Below are positions 9,590 to 21,039 of a DNA stretch of 64,000 nucleotides, piece after piece (positions within the stretch are counted from its first letter, which is position 1; each line of letters begins with the position of its first letter). The notes below the pieces were generated by a model that worked only from the letters and a program-made list of their open reading frames with translations, did no database searches and was not told where the DNA came from. The stretch is taken from contig JBBCAW010000018.1 of NCBI GenBank assembly GCA_051382295.1, positions 23,951-87,950 on the forward strand, read 5' to 3'. Position numbers and translations under genes: made by a program. Source of the stretch: Bdellovibrionota bacterium FG-1. Lineage in GTDB: Bacteria > Bdellovibrionota > UBA1018.

Positions 9590-9832
9590 TTATCGGAGAC
9601 TGCTGGGAAGGCGGTCTTCGGAGGGGCGCAGCAGATTCAGGCCTGAAAGAGGACTGCCATAAATGAATGAATCAGGAGTGCGCGTGGCGCTCCAAAAGAT
9701 GGAGTTGGGTGTCGCGGTGTGGTCGAGGGCAACCCAACCCAAGGCGAGGGCAACAAGCGCAGTCCAGAGTAACTGGGCATTGGCTTGTTTTCCAAAGGTC
9801 AGGTTGTTTTTTTGATTCGGTGATCTGGTCAC
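9590..9832 (-). CDS. Small hypothetical membrane protein
   Basis: 80 aa with one hydrophobic segment (LLWTALVALALGWVAL); a minus-strand terminator lies downstream. Confidence 0.4.
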   Translation of the reverse strand: MTRSPNQKNNLTFGKQANAQLLWTALVALALGWVALDHTATPNSIFWSATRTPDSFIYGSPLSGLNLLRPSEDRLPSSLR

Positions 9833-9963
9833 ACTTTGATTTTAGACAAAGCAACGGGCAGAGCACAACTGTGTCTCACATGACTGAATACCTTTTTTTG
9901 GAGTCCGGATTTTTTCAAGAAATTCGGTTGATTTTGCCTCATGAGCCGACAATCATCATCGGC

Positions 9964-11958
9964 ATGCCCGCAGTGAATATATTGATCGTGGATGATCGTG
10001 AAGATAACTTGGCGGCCTTTAACGCTATTCTGAGTGGTGAGGGGTATTGCCTGGTGAATGCGACATCGGGCGAACAAGCGTTGGCTCTTGCGGTTGACCG
10101 CGATTTTGCAGTGGTTTTAATGGATGTGCAAATGCCTGGCATGGATGGCCTGGAGACCTCACGTCGGTTGCGGTCTCTTGATCGTTCGCAAACTACGCCG
10201 GTCATCCTTTTAACCGGTATGTTTCCGGATGAAACGCATATTCGGCTGGGCTACGAAGTCGGGGCCGTTGATTTTATTTCGAAACCTTACGATCCTCGGA
10301 TTCTTAAATCCAAGGTGGCCGTTTTTGTTGATCTATTTCGAAAAACTGAAACGATTCGGCGGCAAGAACAACTTTTACACGAAGCCTCTGAAAGTCGATT
10401 TAGGACGATTTTTGAGCAGTCGCCATTGGCAATCCAATTGTTTTCGCTCGAAGCCCAGTGTGTTGAAGTGAATGAGGCATGGGGTAAGCTTTGGGGAAAA
10501 AATGCCCCTCATGTCTTTCCTCCCCTGGCAGAGGCTCTTCATCAGGCTCTGGGGGGGCAATCCATTCATCTCCCTCCGATTGAACATCGGGGACGATGGG
10601 TCGAAGCCTTTGTTTATCCCGTCTTAAACGAGCGGGGACGGGTACGCGAAGTGGCCGTGATTTTGGATGATGTGAGCGATCGCAAAGAGGTCGAAACTCG
10701 TCAACGGCGTTTGGAGGAGAACGAACGCCTCTTATCTGATGCTACTGCCGCTTTGGCGGCTTCGCTTGATTTTCGGGGGGCTTTGGCGCGGGTGGTGGAA
10801 CTTGTTACAAAAAACATCGCTGATTTTTGCAGTATTGTGCTGATGAATGAACAGGGCGAGTTGGATCGAGTGGCTTATTCATTAAAGGGTCCGGCTTTGA
10901 GTCCAAAACTTCAACATTTTTGGGCGAGTGATCCTCTTTATTCGGAAACTTATGTTCCGATGAAACAAGTCATGAAAACGGGTGAGACTTTGTTGATCCA
11001 AGATGGCATTGAGCCCGTCTACAGTGCTGAAAATTCTCGTTTGGTTGAGTCGTTGGCCCAAATGGGGCTGCGCTCGGTGATTTCGGTTCCTATTCGAGGG
11101 CGTGAGAAGGTGTATGGCGTGATTGGAGTCATGTCTTTTAAAGAAAGTAGGATCTACGACAAGGGTGATGTCGCCTTGATTGAGGAACTCGGACGACGGG
11201 CCGGAATGGCGGTTGAAAACTCTTTGCTTTACGCGGAGGCTGAGTCGCAGCGAAAGAGGCTGCAAAAGGCCGTCCAAGCGCGCGATGAGTTTATCTCGAT
11301 TGCCAGCCACGAACTCAAGACTCCGGTCACGTCACTGGTTTTGCATGCTGATATTGCCGCGATACAGTTTGAGCGCGCGCCCCTCGAAAAATTGCGGGAA
11401 TTAGCTTTGCGTTTTATCACGCTCGCGAGCTTACAAATGGATCGCTTGTCTCGTTTGATTGACGAAATGTTGGACGTTTCACGGATCGAAAACGGTAAAT
11501 TGACGATGAATTTTGAGATGATTGATTTGAGTGCGTTAGTGCGCAGCGGAGTGGAGGAATTTACGGAACAGCTCAAAGAAAATGGGGTGAAGATTTCTCT
11601 GAGTATTGAAGCCCCGGTGCTTTGTCGATGTGATCGTTATCGAATGGAGCAAGTGCTGACCAATCTTTTTACCAATGCGCTCAAATACGGAGCAGGAAAG
11701 CCGATTGAGATTCAAGTGGGGGTGGCGCAGAAAAATGCTCTGATTCAGGTCAAGGATCACGGTATTGGAATCGCGGCGCCGGATCATCGGCGTATTTTTG
11801 AGCGCTTTGAAAGGGCCGTTACGCCCCATTTGGTGGGCGGTCTGGGCCTTGGGCTATACATCGTAAAAAATATTGTCGAGGCTCACGATGGGACCATTTC
11901 GGTGCAAAGCGAGTTGGGTCAGGGCGCGATGTTTACCGTGAGTTTACCCTTGGCGTAA
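9964..11958 (+). CDS. Hybrid sensor histidine kinase (REC-PAS-GAF-HisKA-HATPase)
   Basis: ILIVDD...LMDVQMPGMDG...DFISKP receiver; SHELKTP H-box; NLFTNALKY, DHGIGI, GLGLGL. Start moved to ATG 9964, where receiver homology begins. Confidence 0.92.
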   Translation: MPAVNILIVDDREDNLAAFNAILSGEGYCLVNATSGEQALALAVDRDFAVVLMDVQMPGMDGLETSRRLRSLDRSQTTPVILLTGMFPDETHIRLGYEVGAVDFISKPYDPRILKSKVAVFVDLFRKTETIRRQEQLLHEASESRFRTIFEQSPLAIQLFSLEAQCVEVNEAWGKLWGKNAPHVFPPLAEALHQALGGQSIHLPPIEHRGRWVEAFVYPVLNERGRVREVAVILDDVSDRKEVETRQRRLEENERLLSDATAALAASLDFRGALARVVELVTKNIADFCSIVLMNEQGELDRVAYSLKGPALSPKLQHFWASDPLYSETYVPMKQVMKTGETLLIQDGIEPVYSAENSRLVESLAQMGLRSVISVPIRGREKVYGVIGVMSFKESRIYDKGDVALIEELGRRAGMAVENSLLYAEAESQRKRLQKAVQARDEFISIASHELKTPVTSLVLHADIAAIQFERAPLEKLRELALRFITLASLQMDRLSRLIDEMLDVSRIENGKLTMNFEMIDLSALVRSGVEEFTEQLKENGVKISLSIEAPVLCRCDRYRMEQVLTNLFTNALKYGAGKPIEIQVGVAQKNALIQVKDHGIGIAAPDHRRIFERFERAVTPHLVGGLGLGLYIVKNIVEAHDGTISVQSELGQGAMFTVSLPLA

Positions 11959-13247
11959 CGGGCGATGATTTCGCGTGTGCTGGTATCCGAATCATAAACA
12001 CCATACCATCCTTGAAACTCATGTGGAGGATCTCCGGTAAACGGCGCACCTGGATTCCAGATTCCTCCAAAGGGTGGTATTGGGCGTCCTTCGCCGGCCC
12101 ATGCCCAAAAGCCAATGCCACCCACTGCCTCGCCGTGGGCTGCCGCCTGCCATACGATTTCAAAAAGAGCCTGATAATACCGATCTCTCATGGCAGTGGA
12201 GGCTTGGGGTGAAAAACTTCCGTCATCCCGTGCTAAGCCAAATTCTTCAATGACGAGCGGTTTATTCAGCTTTTTGGCCTTATTGAGGTGATCGTGTAAG
12301 TAGGCCGTTGCGCGCTGAAGCGCATCGCCGTAGGTGCCTTCGGCGTGGGTTGGGTCGTACCAGCCCCAGTTTTGCGCCCAAATGTGAGCGGTGGCGTAAT
12401 CGATGTTCAGCGGACTGTGGTTAGTGACGAAGTCAACGCCGGAGGCGATTGGCCAAGGGGTTTCGCCTTCGGTGCCAGTGGTAATGAGATGGCGCGGGTC
12501 GAGGGCTCGAATGAACGACGAGGTCTTTTCGATCCATGATTGAAAGGCTTGGGTTTGATTGACCCCACGGGGTTCGTTGGCTAATTGCCAAGCCATGATG
12601 GTGGGGTCATCCGTATATTTGAGTCCAGTGCGACCGTTGGTTCGGGTCACGATCATGCGAATGAAATTTTCGGCCGCATGCAGGGCTTGGGGCGTGGTGT
12701 AAAACCGTGCGGTATATTTCTGGTAGGTATCCCAGCTTCCTTCCGGGGCGGGAGGCGGATAGGGAATGGGCCCTGCGCCAAACCAATTGAGGTATTGCGC
12801 CATTCCGCCGGACCAAGGCCAAAAATTGTTCAGGCAAAGCACCGCGCGAAAGTTGCGCTTACCCATTTCTTCGAGCAAAAAGTCGAGACCATCGAGGAGT
12901 TCAGGATTGAAAACTCCCGGGGAAGGTTGAAGGGTTGGAACGATTCGCCAAGGCTGGTGGTCGGGACCTTCGCTGGCCGCTAAAATACGCAGGTGAGTGA
13001 CACCTATGGCTGCCAGGCGATCGAGTTCGCGTATGAGTCTGGGGCGGTCTCCACCGATCCCAGAGGACCCTAGGTTCATCCCGTACCAGAGGTTGGCGCT
13101 GACAAAGCGATAGGGAGCCCCGTCGATTTCAAAGTGGGTGTCGCGCACGCGGACCCAGGGGCGTTGCGCTGCGGATGCGTCAGTGGCGAGAAGCGTAAAA
13201 CAAAGGACCAGGGCAAAGCACTTTGAGATTTGTCTCAAAGGGAGCAT
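11919..13247 (-). CDS. Secreted GH5 glycoside hydrolase (beta-mannanase/mannosidase, GH5_7-like)
   Basis: Signal peptide; NNFWPWSGGMAQY, AWQLANEPR (acid/base Glu), IEEFG (nucleophile), FWAW, GDPPHEFQGWY. Confidence 0.88.
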   Translation of the reverse strand: MLPLRQISKCFALVLCFTLLATDASAAQRPWVRVRDTHFEIDGAPYRFVSANLWYGMNLGSSGIGGDRPRLIRELDRLAAIGVTHLRILAASEGPDHQPWRIVPTLQPSPGVFNPELLDGLDFLLEEMGKRNFRAVLCLNNFWPWSGGMAQYLNWFGAGPIPYPPPAPEGSWDTYQKYTARFYTTPQALHAAENFIRMIVTRTNGRTGLKYTDDPTIMAWQLANEPRGVNQTQAFQSWIEKTSSFIRALDPRHLITTGTEGETPWPIASGVDFVTNHSPLNIDYATAHIWAQNWGWYDPTHAEGTYGDALQRATAYLHDHLNKAKKLNKPLVIEEFGLARDDGSFSPQASTAMRDRYYQALFEIVWQAAAHGEAVGGIGFWAWAGEGRPIPPFGGIWNPGAPFTGDPPHEFQGWYGVYDSDTSTREIIARYAKGKLTVNIAP

Positions 13248-13296
13248 GGGGTTGAATAGGGTTGTTCGGGTAGGGTGAATGTCATATGATCTCCTG

Positions 13297-14316
13297 TCAG
13301 TAACTGTGTTTCTCGATGACTACTCGTTTCCGAAAAGTCCAGTAGACGATGGTCGTATAAGCGAGGACCAGCGGCATCCCGATCCCTGCGATGACCAGCA
13401 TGAACTTCAGGGTCTTGATGCTGGATGCCGCGCGATAGAGGGTGAGGCTGTTTTCCGGGACATTGCTCGCGGTGACCAGGTTAGGCCAAAGGGCGAGGCC
13501 AAAAAGGCCAACCAGCGCCACGATGGCGATGCAGCTCGAAAGGAAAGCCTGGCCGGGAAGGTTGCGGTAAGTCGCCCGGGGAATGTTTGCCACGGTCAAG
13601 ATATTCACAACAATCAGGAGTGTCGCCCCAGGGTTTTGATCAAAGTTCGGAACCGCGTGATGAATCTTCACCAGAGTGAAGATCGTTGCGAGCATGTAGA
13701 GTACCAGAAAGGCTCCCCAAGAATGCCAGATCCAATCCTTCATGCGGACATGAAGATCCCCCACCGGAATTTTCAAGTTAAGATAGAGGGCTCCATGCAT
13801 GGCGAACATCGCCACGGTCAATAAGCCCAGGAGAATCGGATAGGGGCCAAAAAGGTCATCAAAAGTACCGATAAATACTCCCCGTGCATCCAGTGGAATG
13901 CCCAGAATCGAATTGCCGATGGCGACGCCCAAGAGGAACGTCGCCACGAGGCTTGAAAGAAAAAAGATACGATCCCATGTGGTCCGCCAAACCGTGGATT
14001 GCCGCTTGCTGCGGAATTCAATCGAAACCGCACGAAAAATCAAAGCGCAAAGAAGGACCATGAAAGGCATGTAGAATCCAGAAAAGGCCGTTGCGTAGGC
14101 TTCCGGAAAAGCCGCAAATAGGGCGCCCCCAAATGCAACCAGCCAAACTTCGTTTCCGTCCCAGATAGGGCCGATGGCGTTCAAAAAAATGCGTCGATCA
14201 TGGTCGGTGCGCGCGAGCAGATGCAGGATTCCGACCCCCAGGTCAAAACCATCTAAAACCGCATACCCGGCCAGAAGGGCCCCTAAGAGAAGAAACCAGG
14301 CGGTTTGCAGGTCCAT
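13297..14316 (-). CDS. cydB: Cytochrome bd ubiquinol oxidase subunit II
   Basis: LDGFDLGVG, PIWDGNEVWL, FRAVSIEFR. Confidence 0.96.
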   Translation of the reverse strand: MDLQTAWFLLLGALLAGYAVLDGFDLGVGILHLLARTDHDRRIFLNAIGPIWDGNEVWLVAFGGALFAAFPEAYATAFSGFYMPFMVLLCALIFRAVSIEFRSKRQSTVWRTTWDRIFFLSSLVATFLLGVAIGNSILGIPLDARGVFIGTFDDLFGPYPILLGLLTVAMFAMHGALYLNLKIPVGDLHVRMKDWIWHSWGAFLVLYMLATIFTLVKIHHAVPNFDQNPGATLLIVVNILTVANIPRATYRNLPGQAFLSSCIAIVALVGLFGLALWPNLVTASNVPENSLTLYRAASSIKTLKFMLVIAGIGMPLVLAYTTIVYWTFRKRVVIEKHSY

Positions 14317-14319
14317 GAG

Positions 14320-15852
14320 CTACTTTCCTTTCTCATCTTTGGCTTCGGACAGGGACTCTTCGTGTTCGGGCCGTCCCGAGATCGCCTCAAAAAATGATCC
14401 GGGAGTGAGGTTTCGGGGGTGGGGGACCGTTTCCGGACCTAACTGGATCTTATGGTTCAGGACTGAGATCCAGACCGCAAACAAAAGCACATAAATGAAA
14501 CCGAAAATCAGAATGGACCCAAGAACCTGCTTGCCCGTGACCGCTTCCGAGACCGCTCGCGACGTCAGCAGCCCCTCTTCCATGCGATACTGCACGAATC
14601 CCCCCGTATCAAATTGGATCTTTCCCAGGGCATCGTGAACAACCGAGGGATGAACAGTCCAGGGTTGCCTGCCCATTTCGGCGGAGACCCACCCAATTTG
14701 ATTAGCAAGCACACCCAAGACGACCGTCCCCACAAAGAGCGTGAGCAGCCAGCGATGATTAAAAAGGGTGCCGCGCAATCTGAGGTAGGATGCAAAAACG
14801 GTCAGGGCGATCAGAAACATCCCGATCCCCACCATGAGATGGTAGGACAGAAAAACTGCGCGCACCGGGGGCCAGTATTCACGTTCAATTTTGTCGAGCC
14901 CCAGGACTACCGTCTTGGTATCCCCTGAGAGCAAGAAGCTCAGGGCGCCCGGGAGCGCGAGCTGATACTCCACGGTTTGAGTCGATTCAGCGGGCAATCC
15001 TATTAAGCTCAGAGAGGCGGGGCCGGTTCGAAAGTGTCCCTCGAAAGCGGCGAGCTTGGCAGGCTGATTTTCTGCGATCATTCTCGCGTTGGAATGGCCG
15101 GAAACGAGCTGCGCTAAGCTAAACACCGTGGCAAAAAGCAGGGCGCCAGTGAATGAACGGCGCGCAAAGTCTTCATGCTTGCGGCGAAGCAGGTAGTAGG
15201 CTGAAATACTCATGATAAAAAGCGCCCCCATGATAAACGCGCCGATCAAGGTATGAACCAGCCTGTCCATGGAAGAGGGATTCAGCATGAGTTTCCAGAA
15301 GTCCACGATCTCCGCACGCATCACCGGGAGTCCGTTCACCTGCCAAGGTTTTCCATCCCTGAGCATCTGAACGATATGGTGGCCCGCCGGAGTTTGTTGC
15401 CAGCTATTGGCAACGACGATCCAAACGGACGAAAAAATGGAACCCAAGGAAACCATTAAGGTCGCAAAAAAATGAAAGCGGGGTCCGACGCGATCCCAAC
15501 CAAAGACCAGTACGGAGAGAAATCCTGATTCCAAGAAAAACGCGAAAATGCCCTCGGCCGCCAGCGCAGAGCCAAACACGTCGCCGACAAAACGAGAATA
15601 AGTCGCCCAGTTTGTGCCGAATTGAAACTCCATGACAATGCCGGTTGCCACCCCCATCGCAAAGGTGACTGCAAAAATCTGCGTCCAAAATCTCGCCGCA
15701 CTTTCATAAATCGGCTCCCCGGTCCAAAGATGCATGCCTTCTAAATAAACCAGAACCACTCCTATTCCGATGGTGAGGGGCGGAAAGAGGTAGTGAAACA
15801 TGATGGTCAAGGCGAACTGCAGGCGGGAAAGCAGGACAAGATCGAGGGTCAT
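14320..15852 (-). CDS. cydA: Cytochrome bd ubiquinol oxidase subunit I
   Basis: [45 protein letters not shown]. Confidence 0.96.
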   Translation of the reverse strand: MTLDLVLLSRLQFALTIMFHYLFPPLTIGIGVVLVYLEGMHLWTGEPIYESAARFWTQIFAVTFAMGVATGIVMEFQFGTNWATYSRFVGDVFGSALAAEGIFAFFLESGFLSVLVFGWDRVGPRFHFFATLMVSLGSIFSSVWIVVANSWQQTPAGHHIVQMLRDGKPWQVNGLPVMRAEIVDFWKLMLNPSSMDRLVHTLIGAFIMGALFIMSISAYYLLRRKHEDFARRSFTGALLFATVFSLAQLVSGHSNARMIAENQPAKLAAFEGHFRTGPASLSLIGLPAESTQTVEYQLALPGALSFLLSGDTKTVVLGLDKIEREYWPPVRAVFLSYHLMVGIGMFLIALTVFASYLRLRGTLFNHRWLLTLFVGTVVLGVLANQIGWVSAEMGRQPWTVHPSVVHDALGKIQFDTGGFVQYRMEEGLLTSRAVSEAVTGKQVLGSILIFGFIYVLLFAVWISVLNHKIQLGPETVPHPRNLTPGSFFEAISGRPEHEESLSEAKDEKGK

Positions 15853-16105
15853 AGTGAGGGTGATTACTATCCTAATTTAAGGCGGTATGCGACCCTTTTG
15901 CGGGGCATCCCGCATCTCCCCGTTGACGCGGGTATTTTCGCGGTGTGGTTGCTATGTGCGCAAGAAGCTCTGCGTTAAGATTTGGTTCCCGCCCCACCCG
16001 ATCCGTGGAAATATTAAACATCCTTGATCTGTACTTCAAATTTCTTTCATCTTAGTATGCAATGGATTCAACGTTGTTTTTACCTAAATTCGTTTGGAGG
16101 ATGAA

Positions 16106-16357
16106 ATGAAAGATTCAAAAATGACTGGAAAATCTACGCTCTCGCACGGTGATATCGCCAAACGAGCTTATGAATTGTACTTAGCAAAGGGGCGGAAAAA
16201 CGGGAATGAAAAGGAAGATTGGTTAAAAGCGGAAGCTGAGCTGAGACAAGCCCAGAATATTCAACTGAATAACAAAAACGCCCCCGAGAAAACCACAAAA
16301 GTCCCAAAAAAATCCGTCTCGAATCATACAGGACGCGCGTTAGAAGCGAAGCGATAA
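16106..16357 (+). CDS. DUF2934-domain small protein
   Basis: IAKRAYELYLAKGRKNG.EKEDWLKAEAEL is the DUF2934 signature; GGAGG lies 5 nt before ATG 16106. Confidence 0.8.
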   Translation: MKDSKMTGKSTLSHGDIAKRAYELYLAKGRKNGNEKEDWLKAEAELRQAQNIQLNNKNAPEKTTKVPKKSVSNHTGRALEAKR

Positions 16358-16370
16358 CAGTCGGGGACTT

Positions 16371-18023
16371 TTACCGCGACTCGCCCTGCATCACTTTCTC
16401 GACGATCGCCTGAGCTTCCTGCTTGATCAGGGCAAGGTGTTCCTTGCCTTTGAAGCTCTCGGTGTAAATCTTGTAAACGTTCTCGGTCCCTGATGGGCGG
16501 GCGGCGAACCAGCCGTTTTCGGTCACTACTTTGAGGCCGCCGATGGCTGCATGATTGCCAGGGGCGCGAGTGAGTTTTTGAAGGATCGGTTCACCTGCAA
16601 GGGTCGTCGCTTGGACACTTTCTGGGCTCATTTTTTTTAAGATCTCGCGGCTTTTTAAATCAGCCGGCGCATCGAGGCGTTCGTAGAGCGGACTCCCGAA
16701 TTCACGCGTGAGCCCCAGGTAATGCAGGCCCGGATCTCGTCTCGTTTTTGCCGTAATCTCCGCCGCCAGGAGATCCAAAATAATTCCATCTTTGTCGGTG
16801 GTCCAAACTGTTCCATTGTGACGTAAAAACGACGCTCCCGCGCTCTCTTCTCCGCCAAAGCCATAATCGCCCGTCAAGAGACCATCCACAAACCACTTAA
16901 AGCCCACGGGCACTTCACAAAGTTTGCGTCCGATCTTCTTGGCGACTCGATCAATCATCGCGCTTGAAACCAAAGTTTTTCCGATCGCGGCAGTCGGTTT
17001 CCAGCCGGGGCGATTCGAAAAGAGATACAAAATCGCGACCGACAAATAGTGGTTAGGATTCATCAGTCCAGAGGTTGGCGTGACGATTCCATGTCGGTCC
17101 GAGTCCGTGTCGTTTCCAAAAGCGATATCGAACCGATCCTTGAGTGCGACGAGACTCGCCATCGCGTAGGGGGATGAGCAGTCCATCCGGATTTTTCCAT
17201 CCTTGTCGACGCACATAAATCCAAAGGTAGGATCGATCCGATCATTAACGACCTGAATATTCAGTCCGTACTTCTCAGAAATGGGTTTCCAGAAAGCCAG
17301 ATTAGCCCCACCCATGGGGTCAACACCGATACGAATGCCCGATTGGCGGATCACGTCCATATCGATTACATTTCGGAGGTCGTCGACATAGCCTGCGATA
17401 AAATCGTGAAGATGCACCTGAGGGGATCGTAAGGCTTGTTCTAATGGAACGGCTTTTACGTTCCGATTTCCTTCAAGCAGAAGCTCATTGGCGCGCTTTT
17501 CGATCTGGTCAGTGGTCTCGGTTCCGGCGGGCCCCCCATGCGGTGGGTTATATTTAAATCCGCCATCACCTGGCGGGTTATGAGAGGGGGTGATTACGAT
17601 CCCATCGGCTAAGCCCGTGGTCCTGCCCTTATTATAGGTCAGGATTGCGTGTGAAATGACGGGGGTCGGAGTGAGGCCATAATCCCCCTGAATAAAGGCA
17701 TCCACTTGATTTGCAGCCAGAACCTCAAGAGTTGTTTCAAGTGCCGGACGTGAGAGGGCGTGCGAATCGATTCCAAGATAAAGCGGACCCCCGATACCTG
17801 CCTGTTTACGGCAATCACACACGGCCTGCGCCATCGCAAGGACATGAGCGCGATTGAAACTACCTTCAATAGAGGTGCCGCGATGACCTGAGGTCCCAAA
17901 GCTCACTTTTTGGCTGAGTTGTTTAGGATCAACTGGAAATTGTTCATAAGCGCGCACTAATTGATCGACATCGATCAGAATTTCCTTCGGCGCGGGTTTC
18001 CCTGCCAGAGGATGGATAGCCAT
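16371..18023 (-). CDS. pgm: Phosphoglucomutase
   Basis: [33 protein letters not shown]. Start at ATG 18023 (MAIHPLAGK). Confidence 0.96.
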   Translation of the reverse strand: MAIHPLAGKPAPKEILIDVDQLVRAYEQFPVDPKQLSQKVSFGTSGHRGTSIEGSFNRAHVLAMAQAVCDCRKQAGIGGPLYLGIDSHALSRPALETTLEVLAANQVDAFIQGDYGLTPTPVISHAILTYNKGRTTGLADGIVITPSHNPPGDGGFKYNPPHGGPAGTETTDQIEKRANELLLEGNRNVKAVPLEQALRSPQVHLHDFIAGYVDDLRNVIDMDVIRQSGIRIGVDPMGGANLAFWKPISEKYGLNIQVVNDRIDPTFGFMCVDKDGKIRMDCSSPYAMASLVALKDRFDIAFGNDTDSDRHGIVTPTSGLMNPNHYLSVAILYLFSNRPGWKPTAAIGKTLVSSAMIDRVAKKIGRKLCEVPVGFKWFVDGLLTGDYGFGGEESAGASFLRHNGTVWTTDKDGIILDLLAAEITAKTRRDPGLHYLGLTREFGSPLYERLDAPADLKSREILKKMSPESVQATTLAGEPILQKLTRAPGNHAAIGGLKVVTENGWFAARPSGTENVYKIYTESFKGKEHLALIKQEAQAIVEKVMQGESR

Positions 18024-18025
18024 CG

Positions 18026-19156
<1,131 letters not shown>

Positions 19157-19270
19157 TTATGGTGAGCTAAGTTATTTGGGTTGCTGCGGTGCGCGTGTTT
19201 GATGGTAGATAGCATTGTTTATATAATACGCGATAAAAGTGCATAAAATCTCCGGCCCGAAATGAGGATG

Positions 19271-19864
19271 CTATAGCATGAGCTGAGGTAACGACCGCAG
19301 GCACCGCACCGACCCGTAGTTGTCGCCACCGCTGCCGATTAAGAAGAGAGCATCTTCACCGCCCATGTGATACGCAAAAAAGGAAAAGTCGTCACGGGTA
19401 ACCGACGAAGACCAGAAATATTGGCTCCCGAGATCCCCTGCCGGACGCTGATAACCTCTGTTGCTATAGTAGAAATTGTCGGGATTACCCAGGCTGTCCG
19501 ATCCTTTTATGAGATCATAGTCAAATTTCGGGGTTTCACTGATCCCTTGCGCCCCCCTGCTTTGGGCGTAAAGCGCCAGTTCACGGGTAGTGGGCAGTCG
19601 TTGGCCCTGATTTCGACAGTAACTATCCGCCTCTGTCTGATACATATGGCGGACTTTGCCATCTGCGTTTCGCACAATGTCCGTTAGGTCTGGAACGAAA
19701 TTCTTTGAAAGCACCTCGATCCGTGCCTCAGCTTTGGCCTGAAGTACTCGGCAAGCATCTAATGTATCGCAAACCTCAGCTGCCCGAGCAGCGCCCGTCG
19801 ACAGTTGAACTGCCGCCATCACACCCAAAAAAACCAGCATCCAATTCGTTGTTTTCATAAACAT
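19271..19864 (-). CDS. Secreted C-type-lectin-fold protein (DUF1566/FGE-sulfatase-like)
   Basis: Signal peptide ending ARA; A..YC...G.RLPT..EL, then FWSSS, then terminal SVRC. Confidence 0.7.
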   Translation of the reverse strand: MFMKTTNWMLVFLGVMAAVQLSTGAARAAEVCDTLDACRVLQAKAEARIEVLSKNFVPDLTDIVRNADGKVRHMYQTEADSYCRNQGQRLPTTRELALYAQSRGAQGISETPKFDYDLIKGSDSLGNPDNFYYSNRGYQRPAGDLGSQYFWSSSVTRDDFSFFAYHMGGEDALFLIGSGGDNYGSVRCLRSLPQLML

Positions 19865-19982
19865 CTTTTCAATTCAGGATTTTGTCCCAGGTTTGTAGGA
19901 GACCATTCTCCACCAAGAGCCTGCGGACGGTTAAAGACTGAGCGAACTTATACGATATTAAACCACAATAGTCCGGTATTGT

Positions 19983-19997
19983 TTATGCAATGCATAA
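19983..19997. promoter_or_regulatory. Perfect palindrome TTATGCA-A-TGCATAA (T-N11-A, LysR-type box candidate) upstream of the lectin-fold gene
   Basis: Dyad seen in the sequence; the regulator assignment is inference. Confidence 0.3.
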
Positions 19998-20008
19998 CTT
20001 TCGAGAAC

Positions 20009-20956
20009 TCAAAGCGATTTTGAATCACGAATCAACCCCTGTTTTTTCGCCGTGTAAGAATTATGAAAACGGCACCGAATACGTAAATTTTTTGCAATCG
20101 TCTCCCCTCCCCAGGCGAACGGCTGGATATGATCGTACTCGATCGCAAATCGACTTCCACAACGCTTGCCTGTGCTCTGATCTTGGTAGGTGCAACAGCC
20201 ACCATCACGTGCGAAGACCTGCCTTTTGACCTCCGCCGGAATGGTGCGGGACCTCTGCGTTTCCAACGTGGAAACGGACGGGGTATTTGCGTCATTTCCA
20301 GAGGGTTCTGGCTGAGGGGATTCTGGATTCGGTTTCTTAGGCTCGATCTTTTTTAGGGCCAACTCGGCTAGAATTTCAAACAGTCCTTCGTAACTGCCAT
20401 CGGGATTTTGATGAGCCAGCAAGCCCTTAAGTTTCTCGATCTTTTCCATCAATTCTGCGTCTGCGGAAAACTGGATCAAGGTCTTACCCCGTGAAAGTTC
20501 CCTTGTCTTCTCGGGCGGAAGAGCAGACTCAGGCGAAATCTCCGCCAACTTTTTTTCACACTCCCGCATCGAGGTGCCGAGCATCGACTGGGCGATTTCT
20601 TGTTTGGCTTGCAGGCCAAGTTTTTCGTCGCCTTCGCTTTTACGTTTCTGATCCTCGGTGCGAAAAAAACTCTGCGTCTTGGCTGCAACGCAAAGCGAGA
20701 GGCTGCCATCCTCGATCTTACTCTCCATTTCTGGCAAAATTTTGAGTAGTCGCATGGACTGGATGCGGCGATGGGCGGAGCCAGAAGAGTATCCCAAGGC
20801 TTGTGTCGTGAATTCGAAGAGGGACGGATACCCCATTTCAAGATAATGTCCGTCGCGCTCCACTTCGCGGAGCAGATGCAGCACCTTGAGCTGACACTTC
20901 CGTTCTTGGGCGACTGCGTTTTTGATCTCAGCTAAGACGATTTGGTGATTTCTCAT
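20009..20956 (-). CDS. HNH endonuclease with a long helical N-terminal region
   Basis: C-terminal VFARDGGCC...C...EYDHIQP..WGG....NLRIRCRFHN. N-terminal ERK...LHLLREVE...GYPSLFEF...LGYS.GSAHRRI. Start may be 20956 or 21001. Confidence 0.8.
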   Translation of the reverse strand: MRNHQIVLAEIKNAVAQERKCQLKVLHLLREVERDGHYLEMGYPSLFEFTTQALGYSSGSAHRRIQSMRLLKILPEMESKIEDGSLSLCVAAKTQSFFRTEDQKRKSEGDEKLGLQAKQEIAQSMLGTSMRECEKKLAEISPESALPPEKTRELSRGKTLIQFSADAELMEKIEKLKGLLAHQNPDGSYEGLFEILAELALKKIEPKKPNPESPQPEPSGNDANTPSVSTLETQRSRTIPAEVKRQVFARDGGCCTYQDQSTGKRCGSRFAIEYDHIQPFAWGGETIAKNLRIRCRFHNSYTAKKQGLIRDSKSL

Positions 20957-21017
20957 AGATGAGATGTCTGTAGTAGCCGCGTATGAAGGTGGAGTAGTCA
21001 TTGTATCGGTTTTTTAA
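20949..21017 (+). pseudogene. Possible 3' remnant of a type II toxin gene
   Basis: Reads FLIDEMSVVAAYEGGVVIVSVF-stop and ends 22 nt before the HTH gene. Resembles the terminal beta-hairpin of DUF4258/RelE-fold toxins. An in-frame TGA lies just upstream. Confidence 0.3.
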
Positions 21018-21039
21018 AGGACCAGAAGAGGAGAAAGAA

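Noticed and set aside
9667..9963. N-terminal extension of the histidine kinase in the ORF track
   Set aside because: No domain-like content; receiver homology and a promoter candidate point to ATG 9964. The same applies to the extensions of pgm, gap, the first AAA ATPase, gcdH, alr, SpoIID and the SWIM protein.
16024..16039. TTGAT-CTGTAC-TTCAA as an FNR box for cydAB
   Set aside because: The spacer is 6 nt instead of 4 and the right half-site is imperfect.
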